Positions 1-13,289 of a stretch of 64,000 bases of DNA are shown here, piece after piece. This DNA is from Lama glama (lineage: Eukaryota): NCBI GenBank assembly GCA_028534125.1, contig CM052816.1, positions 92,320,001 to 92,384,000 on the forward strand. Reading direction: 5' to 3'. A program made the position numbers and the translations under genes. The notes under the pieces were generated by a model. That model had not been told where the DNA came from and ran no database searches. It saw nothing but the letters and a program-made list of their open reading frames with translations. How positions within the stretch are numbered: the stretch's first letter is position 1; every line of letters starts with the position of its first letter.

Positions 1-1343
1 TTTCTGAATGCAGACTTAGGGAAATTTTTTATCAAATACCATCACATTTCCATGCTTTTCAACACTCAGACGCTTACTCATCAAGTTTTCCAGGATGATA
101 GGATTAAGGATGCTTCATTCTTTCCTTGAGTTAAGAAAGAAATCACAAGCCTATGAATATGCAAGTGGAAAAAAAAATAATGGCTGTTTTCTTTGCCTTA
201 TAATTTGCCTCCTTTTCGTATCTTTCTCGGACGGTGGCTCTGTGTTAGTGCTGACGAGAGTCGTAAGTGCATCAGGTATTTCATGGTCCCCACACAGGGG
301 ACCGTCTTTACAGACTGAGTTGGGGACAACCATCATGCCCTCTCTGCCCTCACTGTTCTTTACCTCAACTGGGCTTTTCATAAGGAATGAGGCAAAACTG
401 GCAGTAGGACCCCTTCTCCAGATCTGCTTAGACATTACCATGTACGTCCACGATCTTGACAGGACACTCTCCCACCTCCATTCCTACCCCTCACTTCCCA
501 ACCATTGGCACCATGCTTTAGCCAACAGAGCTATGTTAATCTCCCAACAAATCAAATGCATAAATACCCATTTAGGTTACCAGAGTCAGTTAATGAAGCC
601 AGGTAATGAAGTTGAAATCACCAACTTAATCCCCAAAGGAGCTAGTTAACTTAAATTGACACCATTCTATAGACCAGCATTTTACCTAATTGTGTTTCTG
701 TAGACACCGGTATCCAGCAAGATGACAATACATTTTCACACAAAAAGAAGTAGAGGGGGAGGATGGTTCTTATTAGCAAATAAGTTTAAGAAAGACAGGG
801 TTATACAAATGTGAAAAAGCACCTTCACTGCAGGACTTCTCAGGGCGTTTCTGTTCATGGGTATTGTGATTCTCCCTCCACAGGGGAACTGGAACATGCA
901 GGGTTCCTTCCTCCCACTTTTCTTCCAGTGTAATGGTTAAGTTGGAGGGCATTTTTGGATGAGATTAACATTTAAATTGGTAAACTTTGAGTAAAGCAGA
1001 TTGCCCTCAATAATGTGGTGGGCCTCATCCAATCAGTTGATGGCCTGAATAGAAGAAAAAGACTGGCCTCTCTGAGCGAGAAGGAACTCTCTAGCAGAAT
1101 GCCTTCAGGAGTCATCTCCATCATTGGCTCTCCTTAGTCTCCAGCCTTCGGACTGCAGCTGCATCATCTGTTCTCCTGGATCTCAGGCTGCCAGGCCATA
1201 ATGCAGATTTTGGATCTGTCAGCCTTTATAATTATATGAGCTCATTCCTATCACAGATCTCTCTCTGTCTCTCTCTCTCTCCATTCTATCAACTGTATTC
1301 CTCCAACTAATACAAATTTTGGTACCAGAATCAGAGTGATAAG

Positions 1344-2365
1344 CCAGCCACTGGTGGCAAGTTGGTTACATTGGACCGATTCCACCATGGAAGGGGCAGC
1401 ATTTTTTTCTTAGTGAAATAGACACTTTCTCTGGATATGGATTTGTCATCCTGGCATGCATTGCTTCTGCCAATACTACCATACATGAACTTACACAGTG
1501 CTTTATCCGCCAGTGTGATATCCACACAGCATCGCTTCTGATCGAGGAACTCACTTCACAGCAAATGAAGTGAGGTAATGGGCTCATGCTTGTAGAATTC
1601 ACTGGTCTTACCATGTTCCCCATCATCCTGAAGCAGATGGCTTAATAGAATGGTGGGATGGCCTTTTGAAGGCTCAGTTACAAGAGAAAACAAATTAGTG
1701 GTTACTAGTGGAGAGAGGGAATGGGGAGGGTCAGGAAAGGGGGAGGGGATTAAGGGGTACAAACTTCTGTGTATAAAGTAAATAAGCTACAGGGATATGT
1801 TGTGCAGTACAGGGAATATAGCCAATATTTTATAAAAACTTTAAGTGGAGTATAATCATTTAAAAATTTGAATTACTATGTTGTATACCTGAAATTAATA
1901 TCATAAATCAACTGTATCTCAATTTAAAAAAATACCTAGTTACAGTGCCAGCTAGTTGGCAACACCTTGCAGGGCTGGGGCAAGGTTCTCCAGGAGGCTG
2001 TACTGCATTTACTTTGAGTCAGTATCCAACATACGGTGCTATTTCTCTGATAAGATTCATGGGTCCAGGAATCAAGGGGTAGAAACTGGAGTGGCATCAC
2101 TCACTATTACCACTTGCAACCCACTTGGGAAGTTTTTGCATCCTGTCTTCATGACCTTATACTCTAGGCGAGCAGGCCTAGTGGTCTTAGTTCCAAAGAG
2201 AGGAATGCTTCCACCAGAAGGCACAGGAATGATTCCATTGAACCGGAAGTGAAGGCCGCCACCCGCCCCTTTGGGCTCTTCATGCCTCTGAATCAATAGG
2301 CAAAGGAGGGAATTAGTCTGCCGTCTAGAGTGATCCTGACTGCCAGAAGAAATTGGGCTGCTAAG
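1344..2365 (+). pseudogene. Decayed ERV-L pol: integrase core followed by dUTPase
   Basis: Manual translation gives WQVGYIGPIPPWKGQHFFLSEIDTFSGYGF…HSIASDRGTHFTANEVR*WAH…IHWSYHVPHHPEADGLIEWWDGLLKAQL, then IHGSRNQGVE…LVPKRGMLPPEGTGMIPLN. Has stops, a frameshift and an L1 interruption. Confidence 0.9.
1683..1937 (+). mobile_element. 5'-truncated L1 (3' UTR) inserted in ERV-L integrase
   Basis: L1 3' UTR motifs (tacagggaatatagccaatatttt, ctatgttgtatacctgaaa), A-rich tail, AGTTACA repeated at 1676-1682 and 1938-1944. Confidence 0.85.
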
Positions 2366-2680
2366 GAAGAGGATGCCTAGAATGAAGGAGATTTCTTAAG
2401 GTTTCTGTTAGTTTAACCACATCCTGTGATTAAGGTCACTGAAAATCTGTAGCATCGCAATTAAGGTAGAACTCCTAATGGCCTAGATCCTTCAGGAGTG
2501 GAGCTTTGGCTCACCCCCACCAGAGACAGAACCACAACCAACAGAGGCACACGCTGAAGGCAGAGGGAATACAGGATGGGTAGCGGGGGAAAGTAGTTAT
2601 GAATACGAACATCTACCACGTATGTGGCCAGTTACAGAAATGAGAGCTGCGAATGTCATGAGCTGTTCACGTTATTTTGT

Positions 2681-2682
<2 letters not shown>

Positions 2683-2715
<33 letters not shown>
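2683..2715. repeat. (TG)n microsatellite
   Basis: Direct reading. Confidence 0.95.
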
Positions 2716-2722
<7 letters not shown>

Positions 2723-5700
2723 AAAGCAAATGTCTGCATTCTCCTCTCTTAGCTCCTTATCTGTGATTTAGAGATGCACATGGGTGCCAGGTTGACAAGG
2801 GGTGGACGTGTGATGGTTAAGTTTATTTGTCAGCTTGGAGGGTGTTTTGGAAGAGGTTAGTAGTTAAACTGGTAAATTTTGAACAGAGCAGATTCACCTC
2901 CACGATGTGGGTGGGCCTCATCCAATCAGTTGAAGGTCTGAAGAGAACGAAAAAGACCAGCGTTCCTCAGCAAGCAAGAGGGAATTTTCCAGCAAAATGC
3001 CTTCACACTTCACCTGCACCATCAGCTCACCTGGGTCTCAAGTCTGCCGGTCCACATTGCAGATTTGGGGCTTGTCAGCCTCCTTAATCATGTGAGCCAA
3101 TAAATCTCTTTCTTTTTATATACACATCCATCACTTTTGTTTCTCTGGAGAACCCTGACTAACCTACCCAGGAAAATCCATTTTTTCATGAAATAACTAT
3201 TGAATTTTGTGAGACATTCGAATTCTAAGAAGAAGAATCAGTTAAGGAAATGCTGCCACAGACTAGACTCCTGGAAGTCTTGCTGTCTCACAAATGCAGA
3301 ATATTGGTAAGAAAGGGATCTTTAAAAAGTGAAGAAACCTAAAGCAGTTATCACCAGGGGTTAGCAAGCTTTCGTATGAATGATGTCATTCACAGGATAA
3401 TTTTTCTGTCACTCAATAACTGTTCATCCCCATACCTCAAAAAAATAAGTTGTAATACAACTAGAAATATGAACCCAGGAATCTTTGAAAGGTGTGTCCC
3501 GCTTGACACACCTATATTCCATTACATGTGTGTCACAGTGTTTCTTTGTGTATTTGTTTTCAAAAGTGGCAACACATCTGTGATGCAATGGATGCTGACA
3601 GACATTCCGTGTCGGTTCCAGATGGCGGGCGTGTTTCCTGTGGTGAGCCCTGTTGGGCTCTCCCAGCCCTCCCCACCGCACGCAAAGGAATTTCAAGGTG
3701 TTCTCCTGACCCATTAGCCACCAAATACCTTACTAGCAGGGCAGAACATGTACCAGCTGGGCAATAATACCAAGACAAATGTGAATCCTTTGCTAAAATA
3801 TGTGATAAAAACGTAAGACTCTAAGCATTTCGGTGACACAATTACCATGAACTTTATTAGAATCTAAAGCAAATAACTTAACCCTATTTTGCTCCAGCTG
3901 GAGGAAATTCCCCTTATATATTGAAACGGATTGTTTCAGACACTGGCACCTTAGGGATAAAATAACCATGTGTGCCTAAAATATGATTACTATTCAGGAA
4001 GTCCTTCCCGTGAAGGGGAGAAGGAAAAATTAAACATAAGCTTATCAACTATTGTGAAGTAAAAATACATCAGTTCTAGAAAATCTCATTTTGCTGGAAC
4101 AATCCTTTATGGAGACTTTTTTTTTTAACAATGTAGTTTTCTCATTTTACAAGTAAGACTAAAAAATTACCTCCTACGAAACTTTTCATAAAAGATTCTG
4201 AAATTCTACAAAGTATTATTTTGAGTGATGGTAGCATTTTATCCAGACTAGAGCAGTATGCAAAGCGCAAAGCTATATAAGCCTGCAGATCACTGCCAAC
4301 GTTGGCAGTTCCAACGGATTAAGAGACCTTTGAGTAGCTAAGGTTGCAAGCCTTCAAAGATGAGCTTTGCCATCTAGGGGTAAGGGATTCATATGTAATA
4401 CGTCACCAGTGATTATGTGATAGCCACCCTAAAGCCGGTGTCTTTCATGAAAATGATGAGAAAGGATCATTCTCACAAAGCCAATCTGAAGGAGGCGTAC
4501 CTTTTCAATAAGACAGAAAGTACGCTCACACTTTCTCTAAGTAAGTCATTAGGCACCATGTGATGCTCTTCAAATAATGGAATGCCCTTGCCTCTCCCAA
4601 CTCCAGCCAGAGTGATTATTCAGCATTTCTAAAAGAGTATTGTCATATTATTAAAATATCAGGATCTTTTCTTTCCTTACTACATCAAAATTTTATTACT
4701 ATGGCAGTAAGGTATTAAAATTGTCACTGTATATCACCCTATGTGAATTTCACAATGGTGTAAATGGTCCTTGAATGGGAGTTTAAAATATTTTTTCAAG
4801 TATTTTAGAGTCTGCAGCAATGAAAGTAACGATAGGATGAGAAATGTATTATTTCAGTTGAAAGTCTTTTATAGGAAAGTAATGGGTTTAGAAAAATCCT
4901 TAAGGCAAAATAACTCTATTCTGATAAAAATCACAAGACTCTGAAATTGCTAGAGAGTGACATTTCTCGTTGAACATCTTCTACTTAAGAAATTTCCCAA
5001 AGCTTGATAACAGGTCACTCTCCTGTCAGTTGTTATTAACATCTGGTTAAAATAAAGCAAGAAAAATGAGATTCAGAGGCACCTTGCCTCAGTAACTCAT
5101 GCCCTGGAGCAGTTCTGTGGTTGACCGTTACCCAGGAGGCCAGCACTGTGGAGGGAGGCTCACCCTCAACACTGGGGACTGGCTCGTAGCTCAAAGGGGG
5201 GGGGGTGACATGGAACACACAGACAGAATGACTTCTCAGATTATGTCTGTTATTGAAAACAAGGCATTTCTGCAGCACCTGAAAATAAAGATGATAATGC
5301 AGAGAAAGAGGGAAAGATAAATGGTTTTTATGGACTAGTTTATGACAGATGAGCAACTTGCCACCTGTCACCGAGATGCACATTTTTTATAAGGGATCTA
5401 CATAGAAATACCAGCACCTAAAAACATCTTAGGCTCACTACTTAATTCAAACGTATGTGTGACCTTTTAGTCTGAGGATATATTTCCACACATTGTGTTC
5501 ACATCCTTGAAGGATGAGGTGCAGGGGAGGGTACTGTCAGCAATGTCTCTGTTCTATAGCTGGAGAGTCCAGTAACGAGAGAAGAAAATTGTGTGCTCAA
5601 GGTCACCAAGTTCAGTCAACTCCGATGGAGGTTGGAATCCACATTCTCGGACACCTGAGCCTATTCTAACATTTACTGGGGCTTTTCAGCTCTTTTTTGG

Positions 5701-5804
5701 TTCATTCAGAATTGCTGTTTTAACTTTGCAGTAATTAAAAGCAACCAGAAAATCATCTGTCCATCTGGAAAACCATCTTGTTGACTTTATTGTTCAGAGC
5801 CTGT

Positions 5805-6404
5805 TGATACGGACATATCTGCCATACAATAAAGACATGAATGTCATCAGTGACTGAAAAAGAAAAGAGACTGGATTTAGAAATTGTATCCTGCACACAA
5901 CTGTAAAATATGTACACAATTTAAAATAAAAACAAAAAAACAAAGAGTGCCGCTCATCAGCCCCTTATTACAAAAGCTTAAGTCGCAACCCATTGCATCA
6001 CCCAGGACAGTGCGCTCCCTAAGGGGAATTCAAGGTGGAAAAAAACAGGATGAACCCCTCTGTGCTTTGGATAAATGGGCCCCTAGGTAGTCAAGATGCA
6101 CCTCTAAGGAAGAATTTCAATAACCTCAGATTTTTGCATCTTCCCATATACAGAAAAGCACGAAAATCATTTATTGAGGTATCTGTTCTTTGTGACTAGC
6201 AGTCATCATTTGATGCTTGACTACATGTGCTTCCCAACAACAACAAAAAAATCATATTTACACTGACTCTTCCCCTAGTTCTCTGGAGCAGTTCCTCAGA
6301 GCTATCTGAGACGCTGTCTCCTGTGTTATAGTTCTCAGTTAGGTCCCCAGATAAAACTGAAACTCACTGCTCTCACATTGTGTGTGTGTGTTTTTCAATC
6401 CACA
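5805..6404 (+). mobile_element. ERV1-class solo LTR (family unresolved, 5' end approximate)
   Basis: Reverse-complement similarity to the element at 45329-45829 (tttgcatcttcccatatacagaaaagc vs gcttttctatgtatgggaaggtgcaaa). LTR-like 3' end tttcaatccaca. Confidence 0.7.
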
Positions 6405-6758
6405 CAGGCAACAAGTCATTACTTTCAAAAGAATACCTAAAAGTCAAGGGAGCCATAAAACACGATATGAAAACCAATAGGCTATGTTGTGCACAGCATT
6501 ATTTTGGTGGGGTGCCCTAAAAGAATGAAGAATCCATCTGCAGATATCACAGTGTCATTGGCTTAGAATAATTCTCTGTGACACCTGTTTCTTGAAAGCT
6601 GGTGGCGTCAGCCCAGCTCTTAAGGATGAGAATGTTCAGTGGCTACTCTGTGCTCTGGGAGCCGCAGCTAAGGAGAGGGCAGATGGGGGGAGGGGTGACC
6701 TTGCCCAGCTGTGCCCTCAATCCAGGTCGCTGATCCCATCTTCAGCTCCTGGTCCTCA

Positions 6759-7250
6759 GGTAACCGAGCAGGACTCTATGGGGGCTTCCTGGGACAGACC
6801 CCTGCCCCCATGTCCTCTGCTTTAGTTCCTCTCTAAAGTAGGTAACAGTATCCAATGCACATTTCCTGAGTTGTTTTACAGACACTAAAACCTCCACCAA
6901 ACGGGGAAGATGTTAGCTACTTGATGACCATGAGCGCATAGTCCCCAAACCTACTGGAGCCCAAGGATTGATAACGTCAGCCCCTGGGACCCCCACCCTG
7001 TTATCTCACCATCAACCAATCAGAGACGTGCACTAGCTGATCACATACCCTTTGACTTCCTTCCCTCACCTGGCCTTTAAAAATGCTTTCCTGAAACCCA
7101 TCAGAGAGCTTGGGTTTTTGAGCATTAATGCTGCCCAGATTCCTTGCCTGGAGCTTCATAGTAAATGCTGCCCTTTCCTTTGCCATAACCTGGTGTCAGT
7201 GGATTAGCTTTACTGCGTGGGCAAGCGGACCCAAGTTTGGTTGGGTAACA
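6759..7250 (+). mobile_element. ERV1-class solo LTR
   Basis: (g)GTAACC…GGTAACA termini, perfect 4-bp TSD CTCA, and CCAAT box, TTTAAAA box and AGTAAA polyA-like signal in LTR order. Confidence 0.85.
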
Positions 7251-8538
7251 CTCATATCTGAATTCAACCCACCCTTCATACAGTAAAGCACTGGTGTCAA
7301 TTTAACAATGTACACTGGTTGCATTCTGAGCAGGGGATCCATGCATGAATGAATGCATAGCTAAAATATCATCATCTGTCAGCTTAGACCTCTCTCTGCG
7401 CGTCAAAGAAAGGAAAAGCCCCTCTGCACCATCACATTAGTTCAGAGGAAGAACACACGAAAGAAGAAAATTACTTGCAGAAGAAAGATGCCTTCACTGG
7501 GCACCTTTTCTCTCTTGCAGGCAGAGTTACTGTGACACATACAGGATATCTAATTACTGTTCCTTTTGATGTTTCAGTAACCAAAAAATAATTTACTTAT
7601 TTTATGTGTACTATTTGTAAAAACTACAGTATAAGGAGAAGTAAGGTGGAGTTCCTACTTTCAAGGAGTTTCCAGTCTAGAAGGGAAACCAGGTGCGTGC
7701 ATGTCTGACTCCACCCCCAGCTGGAAACTTGGAGTCGAGTCCTGCAGGATAAGCCCGGGCTGTGCTCAGGGAGGTCAGTGAGGGAGATTAGGCCAGAAAG
7801 CGGAGGAGACTGACGGATGCGATTGGCAGGGAATCAGGAACAAAGCAGGGCTGAGCAGAAGAAAGTCTGGGAAGTTAGAAGGCGCTGACCTGAGACAGCT
7901 TCATACACCAGGCTAACCAAGAGGGGTGACTTTATTCCCCAAATGTTAGTAAGAATAACGCTTTACATGACCATGAGCTTTTCCTGCTCAGCCAGGCCCT
8001 CACGGGGAGCGAGAGAGCACATCCCTAACTGAGACGGATGACTCCAGGGACAGCAGGTCACTTGTTGTTGCTGAACTGAGTTAACCTGGATGGGTTGCAG
8101 GGAGGAAAGTCTGGAGGTTGGTAGGAGGTGACTACAAGGGGACAAGCAAGAGGTAATGAAGGCCTGCGCCAGGGGGTGGCCGTGGGACCGGAAACGCCCA
8201 ACAGTGATTTCTTGGAATAGACATGCCCCGACGTTATTTTGTGAAAACACAGAAAAGACAACAGTAACATCCTGACCACGACAGCAGATGCGGGCCCGCC
8301 CAATAGGGGCTTTTCTTTAGGAAAGAAGCTGGGTTCTGAGTGCCTGCAGCCAGAGGAAGACCAGAGGCCCACACTGCTTTCCCTTCATTCAAAAGCCCAT
8401 AGGAGGCAGGGTCGGAAACAGCTTTGGTCTCCGTGGTTTGAATTCCTCTGTTATCTACACTGTTGATGCCTGTCTGCTGGGTGTTTAGGGTGCCTTACCA
8501 AATGCTAGGGCAAATTGAATTCATAAATAAATAGAAGG

Positions 8539-9007
8539 TATAGGCAAGCAGAATTTGCCACCCTTTAATATGTCTCTTTGGTTATTTTCTAAGAAACAGC
8601 AAACATGGGGAAATCCCTGCAAACCAAGTCGAAGTTACTGTTTTGTAAGAAATATTTACCTTTGTAAGGGAACTCTCCATGTGACAGGGTGTCTCCCTCA
8701 CTGCTCCCAGAAGAGAAGAATGACCTGATCTCTAGAGACAGATCTGCATAGCAACCCCACCCTTGTTGACTGTGCTGTCCCTGGCTCTCCCCACCTGCAA
8801 CATCCTCCTTTGCTTGTAGCTGAGGATGGTATTTAAGGTGAGGGACTTGGCTGTTTTGGTGAGTTAGTTTTCCCAAGTCTCTCCTGTATATACATGTTAT
8901 TAAACTTTTGTTTGATTTTCTCCTGTTAATCTGTCTCATGCCAATTTAATTCTTAGGCCAGACAGAAGAACCTTAGAAGAGTAAAGGAAATTTCTTCCTC
9001 CTGGACA
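8539..9007 (+). mobile_element. MER34/MER39-like ERV1 solo LTR
   Basis: Start cagaatttgccaccc, TATTTAA box, ATTAAA signal, and 3' end ttttctcctgttaatctgtct…tttcttcctcc…aca typical of the MER34 group. Confidence 0.75.
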
Positions 9008-9107
9008 AAGACATGGGCCCTTCAATGTCCTTGAAGATATACAAGCCACAGGCTAAAATCAAGCTAATCCTCTCAAAGTAAAATGACAATAAAAATAGTA
9101 AGAAACT

Positions 9108-9316
9108 TTATAATATTATATATATATAATGTCATTTTATTTATAATATAATATTCTATGTAATATATGTATTATGTAGAATATAATGCATAATATATGT
9201 GTATTACATATAATATTATATGTTATGTATAATATTATGTTATAATATTATATTATTTCATATTATGTTATGTATTTTATATTATATATTATATTGTAAT
9301 TATTATAATATTTTAT
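9108..9316. repeat. AT-rich degenerate (TA/TAT)n low-complexity tract
   Basis: Direct reading. Confidence 0.9.
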
Positions 9317-9977
9317 TGAACTGTGTGCCAGACACTCAGCAATACATTTAACATGTACTCATCTATTTTAATAGTCTTAACTAGCCTGTGTGGTAGGATT
9401 GCCAAATTTCGTCTAAATTCTAAAAGATGTCTTTTTTTTAACATGTTAACAAGTCCAGGATTGAGTGTTTTATACTTATATACTTAATGTGGGAGCAATG
9501 CTGCTTTTTTTTTCAGTGTATTTGGGTTTTTCCAGTGAAAAGTTATTATTAAATGATGTTATTCAATAATGGTATCTTAGGATGGAAGAAAAGTGAAGAT
9601 ATTGTTCCCATACTTAAATGAGACTGAGGCAAAGGTAGGAACAAGTTCCCATCACTAACAGGTAAAAAAGCAGGTGAGAAAACCTGCCCATTCGTCTTAA
9701 AGTCTCTACCCTGAATGGCTGTCTTCTACAGTATAAGAAATAGTTCAGCCCCTTGCAAGGAAACTGAACGTGGGGATACTCAGCCATTGTACTAACCAAC
9801 CAAGCCATCAGCCGTGTGATGTCGGCCTCCATTTATTCATTTGACAAGCAGTCATTCAGCACCTGTCTGCCCCACGTTGTGCTGGCCATCATACTTCCAG
9901 TGGTAAGAAAAGCCACCTCTTTGCCCATGGAGCACAAAAGACCAATAGGAGAGATAGACATCAAACAATAATGACTG

Positions 9978-10200
9978 GGGGTGGGGGTGGAGTTTGGGAG
10001 GTCAGGATTAGCAGATACTAAGTACTATATATAAAATAGATAAATAAACAAGATCCTACTGCCCAGGGAACTATATTCAGTATCTTGTAGTAACTTATGA
10101 TGAAAAGAATATGAAAAGGAATATATCTATACAGGTGTAACTGCTATGCACCAGAAATTATATTGCAAATCGACTGTACTTCAATGAAAAAAAAAAAAGA
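9978..10200 (+). mobile_element. L1 3' end (artiodactyl-type) within an old L2 fragment
   Basis: cagggaactatattcagtatcttgta…gactgtacttcaat plus poly-A. Same motifs occur at 18215-18560. Confidence 0.85.
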
Positions 10201-11419
10201 AAAGGACAACACAGATAAACAGTATATTGTAAACCACAAACCATCACAAACAAAAACATGTTATGAGGACATTCGTCAGAGGGTCCAGATGGAGTCTGGG
10301 GTATCAGGGACAGCCGCTTTCCTGAAGATATTATTTCTGAGCTCATCTAAAGGATTCCACTAAGACTGGGTAAAAGAGGGCCCTGGGTGGGACATGCTGG
10401 GTCTATGATAATCCAGGAACATCAGACTATTTTAGACAATAGAGATTGCATGTGCAAAGGCCCTGCTGTGTTTGAGATCCAGAAAGAAGGTCAAAGAGGT
10501 TCGTGTGGAATGAGACCAGACAGATTGTGGGTCACGATGGGGATGTGGCTATTTACCTACCCTAAGAGCAGTGGGAGGCAGCTACTTTTTTTTTTACTTT
10601 AGAATGTATGACATCCTATAGTGACAGTGGAGTGTGCAATTCATTTTTGTTTTATATCAGTGTAAGTTTAAAGCAACACAGTAAGTATCACAAGGTGGGA
10701 GGCTCTGAAAACAGTTGGGGCTTATGTCTACAAATATCCTGGAAGTGAACATGTGGGCTGTGACAAACACATGTTACACACCAGTGAACAGGCCAGGACT
10801 AGACCATTCATTCTTCTGCTGAACCATGTGCTACCCATCAGGAGCCCCATGACTAGATCCAGTTTCGGATACAGAGAGGTGTTCCCATATGGAAGGGATT
10901 CTTGCCAGTCACAGCAAACGTCAGGGCTGAGTTTTCCCATTTAGGAATGAACGGCCACTTAGGGTGAACCTGCGTTTTTGCTGAGTGTAGTGTCACTGGC
11001 TTCCTATTGACAGAAGACAGCACAACTGCAAAATAACAGGTTGTCCTTCCTCCCTGAAGGCAGACTGTGGTGCGTGTCAGCCACAGAGTGGGAGGTGCTG
11101 AGCAGGAATCAGACTGGCCCTCAACCTAATGACTGGAAGTGACTGCATTCATCGGATGGAGGAGGCTGGCCGTGAGGTTCCCACAGGAGCAAATATTAGG
11201 GGAATCGCCCACCCTGCCTGTCTTCCAGCCAGAAGCCACTCTCTTCCTGAGGTCTAAATGACCACGAGAGAAAATACAAAAGAAAATAGGCCTGGAGGAC
11301 CAGGGAAACAAAATTGCAGTAGAGGTGGGGTAACTTAGGAGTTTTATCCGAGTAACGGACCTTAACATCAGCAAGTTTCCCATATACACACAACTGGAGG
11401 GAGTGTCTGCTGTTTCAAT

Positions 11420-12310
11420 CTTTCAGAAATCAATTTGTCAATGTGTATCAATAGCCCTAAAAATGCCCACAAATTTTGAACCTATAAATCTATTCCTAGA
11501 AATGTATCTTAACAGAATAATCAGAAATATACAGTGTTCACAGCCCTGTTATTTACAGTGACAAAAAGTCAGAAATAGTTTATAGATCCAATTATGGAAA
11601 AATGATGATGGAATAATTGTAGTATGTGCAGAAGATAAACTATTTTTCAGCCACTGAAAATCATATCTGTAAAGAACACTTCATGACATAGGAAAATATA
11701 ATACATCAAGTTTAAAAAGCATTTTACAAAACTGCATATACAGTGTAATTTCAAATACACCTCTACACACACATTGTGATAGGACAAGATAGCAATAGTG
11801 ATTACACCTAAATTCTAGTTATTTGCTTTTTCTATATTTTCTACAACGGGCATGAAAAGTTTTTTTAAAATAGAAGAAAGTACAGGAAAATAATGGAGAC
11901 TCCATCCAAAATTAACTGTAGTTTTTGCTTCAAATATTTAATGAAGAGACAGAATGTTCTAGATGAAATTTGAGTCCACTTTGTTCACATTCCAGACCCC
12001 TCTCTTCCTGAGATTGTGTCCATCTAGCCTGTGTTTGTACACATTTCTATATATTATGCTTTCATAAACATCCTACAATGTGTTCTGCAAAATTTATATA
12101 AATTTTATCACAATGCAACTTACTTTTTTCACTGTCATTAGATTTCTGAGAGCCGTTCAGGTTGCTATGTATTGAACCAAATCATTTGTTTTAACTGCTG
12201 TAGAGTATTCATCAAATAAGCCACAATTAATTAATCTCTTCCCTTATTGATAGACATTTAGGTTGTTTCCAGTTTTTAGCCATTACAAACAGTGCTGCTG
12301 TATAGAGCCT
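11420..12310. mobile_element. Old L1M (L1ME-like) fragments, both orientations
   Basis: Degenerate L1 ORF2-end/3' UTR motifs, e.g. ttgatagacatttaggttgtttccagtttttagccattacaaacagtgctg. Confidence 0.6.
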
Positions 12311-12611
12311 TGATAATCAGGAAAAGGTCATTACATTTCAAGGATGGAGGCAGGTGATGGAGCATACTGCTAAGTCTAGTGAAGGGAGCACTTCTGCATC
12401 CCAGACTCGGGTTTCTCACTCATTGCCCCAGGACCCTCCAGAGGCCAGCATCTTGGAGCTCTCTCTGATGCTGTGAAGATGATCTGAGGGCCCAGAGGTC
12501 CCTACCCGGGCACCCTCTGTCTTGCCCCGTACCTTTGTACCAATACTTCAACTGCTTGGACATCTACAACTAGATGCCAGACGTACCTCTTCCCAGAAGT
12601 AGCAGACATGA

Positions 12612-12762
12612 ATCTTATCAACTTGTTTAATCCTCAGGATTTTTCATTTCAGGAAATGAGGCACAGAGAGTTTAAGTCACTTGCCTGAGGTCACACAGCT
12701 AGTAAGAGGGGGAGCTGGACCCAAAATCAGACAATGTGACTCCAAAGTCCATACTCTTAACG
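12612..12762 (-). mobile_element. MIR SINE
   Basis: MIR core in reverse: gaggcacagagagtttaagtcacttgcctgaggtcacacagctagtaag. Confidence 0.85.
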
Positions 12763-13289
12763 TCTGTTCCAAAGGCCTCAGTAATTTTCCACTAGTCCAC
12801 TCCTTATCTCATTTCCCTTTTTGCAGCCTCACCTCTCACCAGCTGCAAGGGAGAGACACAAGGCGATCCCGCTTCCCAGAGTCTGGACTCTGACTCCTGT
12901 CCAAGGTTGTCACCCACACTGGCTCCTGTGTTCACACTGCTATGGCTTCCTAACCACCACCCTGCCAATAAATCTTTGTTTTTATAATTCTGGTCTTGTC
13001 ATCATTTATATATTTCTTGAGTCACTCAAATTTTAAGTCTCCTGATCCCTTTCTTCCTCTTCTGGCATTAATATCCTTCTGCCAAAGCACTGGAGAGAGG
13101 GTGGGAATAAAGTAATAAAGCTGCAAGCTATACCCCCTGTGTCTTCACAGAATGTGTGTGTAACTGTTTCGAGAAGGAAACTTGCCAACCGTAAACAAAT
13201 CAAAATCCAGCCAACACTTGGGAAGACACCACATGCCAGAGACCTATCTGCCGGTGGTGTGGAGTGAATTTCTGCCCTTGTTGGGCTCA

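Larger units (their letters stand above)
929..3166 (+). mobile_element. Internally deleted ERV-L provirus with two MLT2-type LTRs (929-1314 and 2809-3166)
   Basis: Both LTRs start TGT(A/G)ATGGTTAA and share gtgggcctcatccaatcagttga. PBS-like ttttggtacca after the 5' LTR, polypurine tract gacaaggggtggac before the 3' LTR, 5-bp TSD tccag/cccag, pol remnants inside. Confidence 0.9.
675..3255. mobile_element. hAT-Charlie MITE (MER103-like), split into 675-928 and 3167-3255 by an ERV-L insertion
   Basis: Terminal inverted repeats CAGCATTT…AAATGCTG. Degenerate 8-bp TSD ctatagac (667-674) / ccacagac (3256-3263). Internal motif actgcaggacttctcag as recalled for MER103. Confidence 0.7.

Noticed and set aside
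95..649. 184-aa ATG ORF
   Set aside because: No recognisable homology, splice structure or promoter. Length is compatible with chance.
10985..11395. Possible old LTR
   Set aside because: LTR-like feel, but I could not confirm termini, TSD or family.
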